Origin: a virus
Length of the DNA: 64,000 bases
Strand: one strand, 5' to 3'
IMG/VR virus record: IMGVR_UViG_3300020048_000015
Span: 1 to 64,000 of that record
In this document: in pieces, positions 58,894 through 64,000 of the stretch
How the letters are laid out: the number at the start of each line of letters is the position of its first letter
How positions within the stretch are numbered: the first letter of the stretch is position 1
Program-made: the position numbers and the translations under genes
Notes under the pieces: generated by a model
Databases searched by the model: none
What the model was told of the DNA's origin: nothing
What the model saw: only the letters and a program-made list of their open reading frames with translations

Positions 58894-59451
58894 ATGAAAA
58901 ACGATAAGATATATAAATATCATGAATATCTAAAAGAAAATCTATTAGATTCACCAGAAACCTATGTGGAATCAGCATTAAGAAAATTAGAAAATAGAAT
59001 AAAATCTATGTTTGATGTTGATGAGAAAGGTGATGATGTTAAAAAATATGGCGTAAAATCAGATATAAACAGAAAAGAAAAAGGTGAATTATCATTTAGT
59101 GACTTAGGTTTAAATTTAGAAAGTTTAGAACTATCCAAATATTCTAAAACACAAGATAATTTAAAACTTAAATTTTCTGATGAACAGTTCCTATATGATA
59201 TAACATTTTCAATTGATTTAAAAGATGCAGTTCCAAAAGATAAAGAAAGTGATTTTTCTGAATCAGATATTAAAAAATGTCAAATTAAATTTAAAAAATA
59301 TTCAACTGATGACTTTCAATTAGTAGCAGGACCTTTAACTAAAACAGATGGTTTAGATAAAATAGATGAAGAATATTTAGTAAATATAAAGATTGAACTT
59401 GATGAAACATCAGGTGATGAAGAAGATGAATTTAAAATAGAAACAGAATGA
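58894..59451 (+). CDS. Hypothetical protein (N-tag-like start)
   Basis: IYKYHEYLKEN. Confidence 0.7.
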   Translation: MKNDKIYKYHEYLKENLLDSPETYVESALRKLENRIKSMFDVDEKGDDVKKYGVKSDINRKEKGELSFSDLGLNLESLELSKYSKTQDNLKLKFSDEQFLYDITFSIDLKDAVPKDKESDFSESDIKKCQIKFKKYSTDDFQLVAGPLTKTDGLDKIDEEYLVNIKIELDETSGDEEDEFKIETE

Positions 59452-60032
59452 AATATTTAAAATTATTTGAAAATTTTAATCAATCAGAAATTGATTATAT
59501 TTGTAGAAAATATAACATTCAAAAATATACAATAAATCTTGATGGATCTATTGATGTAGATGGTCATGTTAATTTATACAAAAAACAATTAACTGATATC
59601 CCCCTTAAATTTAATAAAGTTTCTGGTTTTTTTGATTGTTCTGGTAACAACTTAACAAATTTAATTGGGTGTCCAAATTATGTTGGTGATTTTTTTAATT
59701 GTGCAAATAATCAATTAACAAGTTTAATAGGCTGCCCAACAGAAATTTGGCAAGGTTTTGATTTTGGATTCAATAAATTGACCAATTTAGAAGGTGTTGC
59801 TAAAATTATTAATAAACATACATGGTATAGTGATAATCCAATAACACCAATAATAGATTTATTTGGATATGATGTTAAAAAATATTTAGAATATCAAGAA
59901 ACATATAATTTTTTAAGAAAGGATTGTAAGATTGTTAAACACTTATTAATAGAAGCATTGGAAGATTTCAATACAGAATATAAAGATAATGTTGAACTAC
60001 CAGAAGAAATAGAAGGATATACTTATATATGA
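59448..60032 (+). CDS. N-tagged LRR-like protein, type B (3 repeats)
   Basis: MKYLKLFENF + head + repeats + type B tail. Confidence 0.9.
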   Translation: MKYLKLFENFNQSEIDYICRKYNIQKYTINLDGSIDVDGHVNLYKKQLTDIPLKFNKVSGFFDCSGNNLTNLIGCPNYVGDFFNCANNQLTSLIGCPTEIWQGFDFGFNKLTNLEGVAKIINKHTWYSDNPITPIIDLFGYDVKKYLEYQETYNFLRKDCKIVKHLLIEALEDFNTEYKDNVELPEEIEGYTYI

Positions 60033-60736
60033 AACACTTAAAACTATTTGAAAACTTTAATAAATCTGAAATTGATGATATTTGTAAAAAATATGGAATA
60101 AGAAACTATATAATAAATCCTGATGGGTCTATTGATGTTGATGGTGATATTAATTTAGTTAATATAAATCTAATTAAATTACCACTTAAATTTAATATAG
60201 TTTCTGGGGAGTTTGATTGTCGTGGTAACAAATTAACTTCTTTAGAAGGTTGCCCTAAAGAAGTTGGTGGTGATTTTTCTTGTTATGCTAATCAATTAAC
60301 TAGTTTAGAAGGTTGCCCTAAAGAAGTTGGAGGTTATTTTGATTGTGCAAATAATCAATTAACCAGTTTAATAGGTTGCCCTAAAGAAGTTGGTGGTTAT
60401 TTTAGTTGCACTACTAATCAATTGACATCTTTAGAAGGTGGTCCAAGTAAAGTTGGTGGAAGTTTTTATTGTCAGCGTAATAAATTAATCAGTTTAGATG
60501 GACATCCAGAAGAAATTGGTAGTTCTCGTTGGTATTATAATAATCCAATTTCACCAATAATAGATTTATTTGATGATATTAAAATTTATTTAGAATATCA
60601 AGAAACATATAAATTTTTAAGAAAAGATTGTAAAATTGTTAAACACCTTTTAGATGATGCTTTAAAAGATTATAATGAATATTATAATAAAAATGTAGAA
60701 TTACCAAAAAAAATTAAAGGATTTTGGTTAACATAG
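60029..60736 (+). CDS. N-tagged LRR-like protein, type B (5 repeats)
   Basis: MKHLKLFENF + head + repeats + type B tail. Confidence 0.9.
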   Translation: MKHLKLFENFNKSEIDDICKKYGIRNYIINPDGSIDVDGDINLVNINLIKLPLKFNIVSGEFDCRGNKLTSLEGCPKEVGGDFSCYANQLTSLEGCPKEVGGYFDCANNQLTSLIGCPKEVGGYFSCTTNQLTSLEGGPSKVGGSFYCQRNKLISLDGHPEEIGSSRWYYNNPISPIIDLFDDIKIYLEYQETYKFLRKDCKIVKHLLDDALKDYNEYYNKNVELPKKIKGFWLT

Positions 60737-60776
60737 AACTATATACTTATATTTAAAAAAAAATAATAAAACTAAA

Positions 60777-61166
60777 ATGAAACACATTAAAAAATTTACA
60801 AATTTTATAAATGAAGACTTGGATCCAAATTGGAAATCATCTGATGAATTTGATACATCAATGACAAATGATACAGAAGAAGATGATGATATTATTGATG
60901 ATTTTAAAGATGAAGAATTAATTGATGATTTTGAAGATGATTATTATAATCACAAAGAAAATGATTTCGTATATGACTACGAAAAAAGAAAAAAACAACA
61001 TCAAGATTTTGATGATAATTATAGCTCACCTGATCTTGATTATGTAGATTTATATGGTGATGATGATTTTGATGATTACAATGATGATTTAGGATTTGGA
61101 TATGAAGAATTTCAAGATGACCCTGCTATAAATAGCAGAAAAGATAAACCAAACAAAAACTTTTAA
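60777..61166 (+). CDS. N-tagged, highly acidic low-complexity protein
   Basis: MKHIKKFTNFINE; Asp-rich. Confidence 0.75.
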   Translation: MKHIKKFTNFINEDLDPNWKSSDEFDTSMTNDTEEDDDIIDDFKDEELIDDFEDDYYNHKENDFVYDYEKRKKQHQDFDDNYSSPDLDYVDLYGDDDFDDYNDDLGFGYEEFQDDPAINSRKDKPNKNF

Positions 61167-61194
61167 TTATTTTTTCATAAAATAAATAAAACCA

Positions 61195-61710
61195 ATGAAT
61201 AAATTTAATATTGTAACTAATCTACAAATAAACTATAAGTTTAAAACAAGTAGCCACTTTATTGTTAATTTAGGATTAGCAATAACTAAACAAGATAAAG
61301 GTGGTAGAAAACTTAATGATTCTGATGAGTTTGCTTATTATTATAATTTAACATATGATTCAATTGCCCATTCACAAGGAAATATAGGCAATATAAATTT
61401 TTATTTAGATCTTAAAATTAAAGATAATACTATTATATTTTTCTATGAAAAAGAAAAATATACATATAAATATGATGAAATAATGATATTAGAAAATGGT
61501 ATTGATTTTTATTTAGGACACTTGATTAAATTGACCGAAATTGCACATAATGATAAGATTGAATTGAAAATTGAACCTAAATCAATTACTAAAAAAGAAG
61601 AACAAATGATAATAAACCTTTTAAATAAAGGCAAATTATCATTTGAAGAAATTGCAGATGTTGTTGAAGTTGATTTAGAATATATTACTAAACTTTCAAA
61701 GACTTTATAG
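61195..61710 (+). CDS. Hypothetical protein with a C-terminal HTH-like segment
   Basis: LSFEEIADVVEVDLEYI. Confidence 0.65.
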   Translation: MNKFNIVTNLQINYKFKTSSHFIVNLGLAITKQDKGGRKLNDSDEFAYYYNLTYDSIAHSQGNIGNINFYLDLKIKDNTIIFFYEKEKYTYKYDEIMILENGIDFYLGHLIKLTEIAHNDKIELKIEPKSITKKEEQMIINLLNKGKLSFEEIADVVEVDLEYITKLSKTL

Positions 61711-61935
61711 GAAAGCAGATAGTAATGAAAAAATATATATTTTTTCGTATTCTTCCAAATCATCATAATCAAATTCTACATCCAAATCACCAATAAAGTT
61801 ATGTAATATAATAGAATTATCTTCTTTTACATATTCAATTGAATGAATATATAGAAATCCTAAATCTATTTCTACATATAATTCATTCAATCCAATACCC
61901 AAGATTTTTATTATATTTATAAGTTCTTCTTTCAT
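61705..61935 (-). CDS. Hypothetical protein
   Basis: ORF. Confidence 0.6.
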   Translation of the reverse strand: MKEELINIIKILGIGLNELYVEIDLGFLYIHSIEYVKEDNSIILHNFIGDLDVEFDYDDLEEYEKIYIFSLLSAFL

Positions 61936-61983
61936 ATATCTATATATTTAGATTAATATATAATAAAAATATTTATAGCTAAA

Positions 61984-62976
61984 ATGATTTTAAAATACAA
62001 AGATTATCTATTAGAATCTTTATTATTAGAAAGTGAATTAATTCTATCTGATGATTTCATTGATTTATTAAAATCAATGAAATCTAGTAAAATAAGAGAT
62101 TTTCTACTAATAAATTTAAGTAAAAATGATAAGCAATTAAGTTTATTTACAAATGATCTTAATTTAAAATATAATTATTTAGATATATCAAAAACAAATA
62201 ATGATGAAGTAACATTCACATTAGATAAAAAAGCAAAGGAAATAACTGGTGATATATGGGATTCAAATAGAAATCCAATTAAAATAGGAAGAGTTATAAA
62301 TTCTATAATAAAATCTAATGATCTTAATATTTCACCAAAAGAAATTGAAGATTTCATAAATCTATATAAATCATCCATTGATAAGAAAAATAATCAATTT
62401 TACTATTTTGATATAGTAAAAGGCGAAGATATTAAAGCATACTATAAAAAAGAAAACTACAAAGAAGTAAAAGGTGAAACAAATTTGATAAAATCTTGTA
62501 TGAATGAAATGGATAGCAATATATTCAATATGTATTCAAATAATCCAGATGTATGTAGCTTAGTTATATTATATAGTGATGATGATAGAGATATAATAAA
62601 AGGTCGTGCATTACTATGGAAGACCACATCAAGAGAAATGGTTTTAGATAGAATCTATACACATTATGATTCTGATATTAAACTATTTCAAGAATATGCT
62701 GAACAAAATAATTGGTTTTATAAAGAAACACCAAAAGGAACTATTAGATTTATATTAAATGGTGATTTAAAAACTAAAATTTTCCAAGTAGAAGTAGAAG
62801 GTAGTTATAACTATTATCCATATCTCGACACATTTAAATATTATAATGGCGCTTATAGATTTCTAACCAATAGAGAACCTAGAGCAAGTGATTATGAAAA
62901 TGAAGAGGAATTTCTTGATGAAGAATGGATTTGCTTAGATAGTGATGAGGGTGAATTTTCTGAAGTTTATATTTAA
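61984..62976 (+). CDS. N-tagged hypothetical protein
   Basis: MILKYKDYLLES; KIGRVIN...SCM...GRALLW...DRIY. Confidence 0.75.
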   Translation: MILKYKDYLLESLLLESELILSDDFIDLLKSMKSSKIRDFLLINLSKNDKQLSLFTNDLNLKYNYLDISKTNNDEVTFTLDKKAKEITGDIWDSNRNPIKIGRVINSIIKSNDLNISPKEIEDFINLYKSSIDKKNNQFYYFDIVKGEDIKAYYKKENYKEVKGETNLIKSCMNEMDSNIFNMYSNNPDVCSLVILYSDDDRDIIKGRALLWKTTSREMVLDRIYTHYDSDIKLFQEYAEQNNWFYKETPKGTIRFILNGDLKTKIFQVEVEGSYNYYPYLDTFKYYNGAYRFLTNREPRASDYENEEEFLDEEWICLDSDEGEFSEVYI

Positions 62977-63091
62977 ACTTTATCATTTAAAATTATATAA
63001 AAGTATATTGATTAATTAAAAATCTGACAATATGTCAGATTTTTAATTTGGTATAAAAATTGAAATTAATTAATTAAAAAAAAAACTTAAT

Positions 63092-63664
63092 ATGAGCAAA
63101 AGTAACAAAATTATTGGAATTGATCTTGGGTCATATAATTCGGCTGTTTCTATTTATGATGGAAACGAAGTTAAAATACTACCAAATTCGGAAGGTAGTC
63201 TAACCACTCCTTCTTATGTAGCATTCACCAAAGATGGAATTAAAGTAGGTGAAGCAGCAAAAAGACAAGCGGCTACAAATCCAGAAAAAACTATCTTTAA
63301 TATTAAACGATTAATGGGTAAAACATTTGATGAAGTAAAAAATATCAAAAGACCATATAAAATCGTAAATGCTGATGGTAGAGCTGCTATCCAAATTGAT
63401 GATAGAGTATATACACCCGAAGAAATATCCGCAATTATTATTCAGAAAATGAAAAAAACTGCTGAAGAATATTTGGGACAAGATGTTGAAAGAGCAATCA
63501 TTACAGTTCCTGCACACTTTAATTCAGAAGAAAGACAAGCTACTAAAATCGCTGGTGAAATCGCTGGTCTTAAAGTAGAACGTGTTATAGCAGAACCAAC
63601 AGCAGCTATTTTAAATGTAGATTCAAAATCTGAAAAGGTATATGCAGTCTATGATTTTGGTGGT
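63092..63664 (+). CDS. dnaK: Hsp70/DnaK, exon 1
   Basis: [30 protein letters not shown]; then TAA and intron core. Confidence 0.93.
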
Positions 63665-63976
63665 TAATTTTAGCCTCCAGTTTAAAAAAACCCATTAAAT
63701 TGCTGGAAAGTCTTTAGAGTCAACAATACTACAACGTAATTTGTAAAAATAAGCGTGAATGTTAAAAAATTGTTGAATTAGATAATCAGCAGCCAAGTGA
63801 CCATTAAAGTGGTTAAAGGTTCAACGACTACGAAAAGTAATCTAAGTCTTAAATGATATGATGAAATTCGCAAGAACAGTGGGAATGTTTCAACCACTAA
63901 GAAACATTAAGATATAGTCTGGGCTTATATGAAAGTATAAGAAGTTAAGATAAAGAGCTTAACGATAACAAAACCG
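63665..63976 (+). mobile_element. Group I intron (IA-like, 312 nt, no ORF)
   Basis: P AAATTGCTGGAAA 63697; Q AATCAGCAG 63784; R GTTCAACGACTA 63819; S AAGATATAGTC 63909; P3 CCCATT/AGTGGG; P7 GACTA/TAGTC; P9 GAAA loop; terminal G. Confidence 0.9.
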
Positions 63977-64000
63977 CAAACAATGGATCTATCAATTGTT
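63977..64000 (+). CDS. dnaK: DnaK exon 2 (runs off the window)
   Basis: In frame: QTMDLSIV, aligning to the Hsp70 GTFDVSIL motif. Confidence 0.75.

Noticed and set aside
20524-62995. A middle-promoter motif AAC(T/A)-N-TATA (20524, 22326, 28826, 62977)
   Set aside because: Spacing is inconsistent and the motif is too AT-rich to separate from background by eye
158-63517. Antisense or alternate-frame ORFs in the track (for example 158..379, 786..995, 8989..9282, 13101..13343, 26639..27124, 34710..34985, 40511..41020, 45546..45764, 56022..56360, 63311..63517)
   Set aside because: They overlap well-supported genes and have F/I/L/S-rich shadow composition typical of AT-rich DNA
63961-63985. Alternative 3' splice sites at G63964 or G63985
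   Set aside because: They would add four or delete three residues in the Hsp70 motif and lack the P9.0 pairing seen before G63976
1-64000. Stop-codon reassignment (code 15 or 4)
   Set aside because: Conserved genes are full length in code 11, and TAG and TGA end genes normally; reading through at 7090 or 9613 does not restore sensible proteins
1-64000. tRNA, rRNA or tmRNA genes
   Set aside because: No T-arm/D-arm signatures or GC-rich structured stretch found by eye apart from the intron; a covariance search could still find divergent ones

Overview
A very AT-rich, gene-dense 64 kb stretch of what looks like a T4-like jumbo phage genome. The host is probably a Bacteroidota bacterium, judging by TAnnTTTG-type promoters and a Flavobacteria-type lytic transglycosylase. 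The standard genetic code fits, and I found no tRNA, rRNA or CRISPR array. Recognisable genes: type IIA topoisomerase A and B subunits, a 5'-3' exonuclease/RNase H, two C5 and one N6 DNA methyltransferases, ClpP, DnaK, NusG, a UvsE endonuclease, PARG, an HD hydrolase, two nucleotidyltransferases, a TPR-glycosyltransferase and an RpS3-like KH protein. Two self-splicing elements stand out. One is a naturally split intein in the topoisomerase B gene, with a Vsr-like endonuclease remnant between its halves. The other is an ORF-less group I intron in dnaK. The strongest candidate for an undescribed system combines a 15-locus family of 21-residue LRR-like proteins (variable repeat number and variable binding-face residues) with two short address tags that recur on dozens of unrelated proteins. 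The N-terminal tag MK(Y/H)(L/I)KxFE resembles the T4 capsid-targeting sequence and is linked to a W-W-ATATATA motif. The C-terminal tag is R-x-x-K-(I/L)-x-x-(I/L)-(L/I). Each intact LRR paralog carries exactly one tag. Family assignments come from motif recognition by eye, not from database searches.
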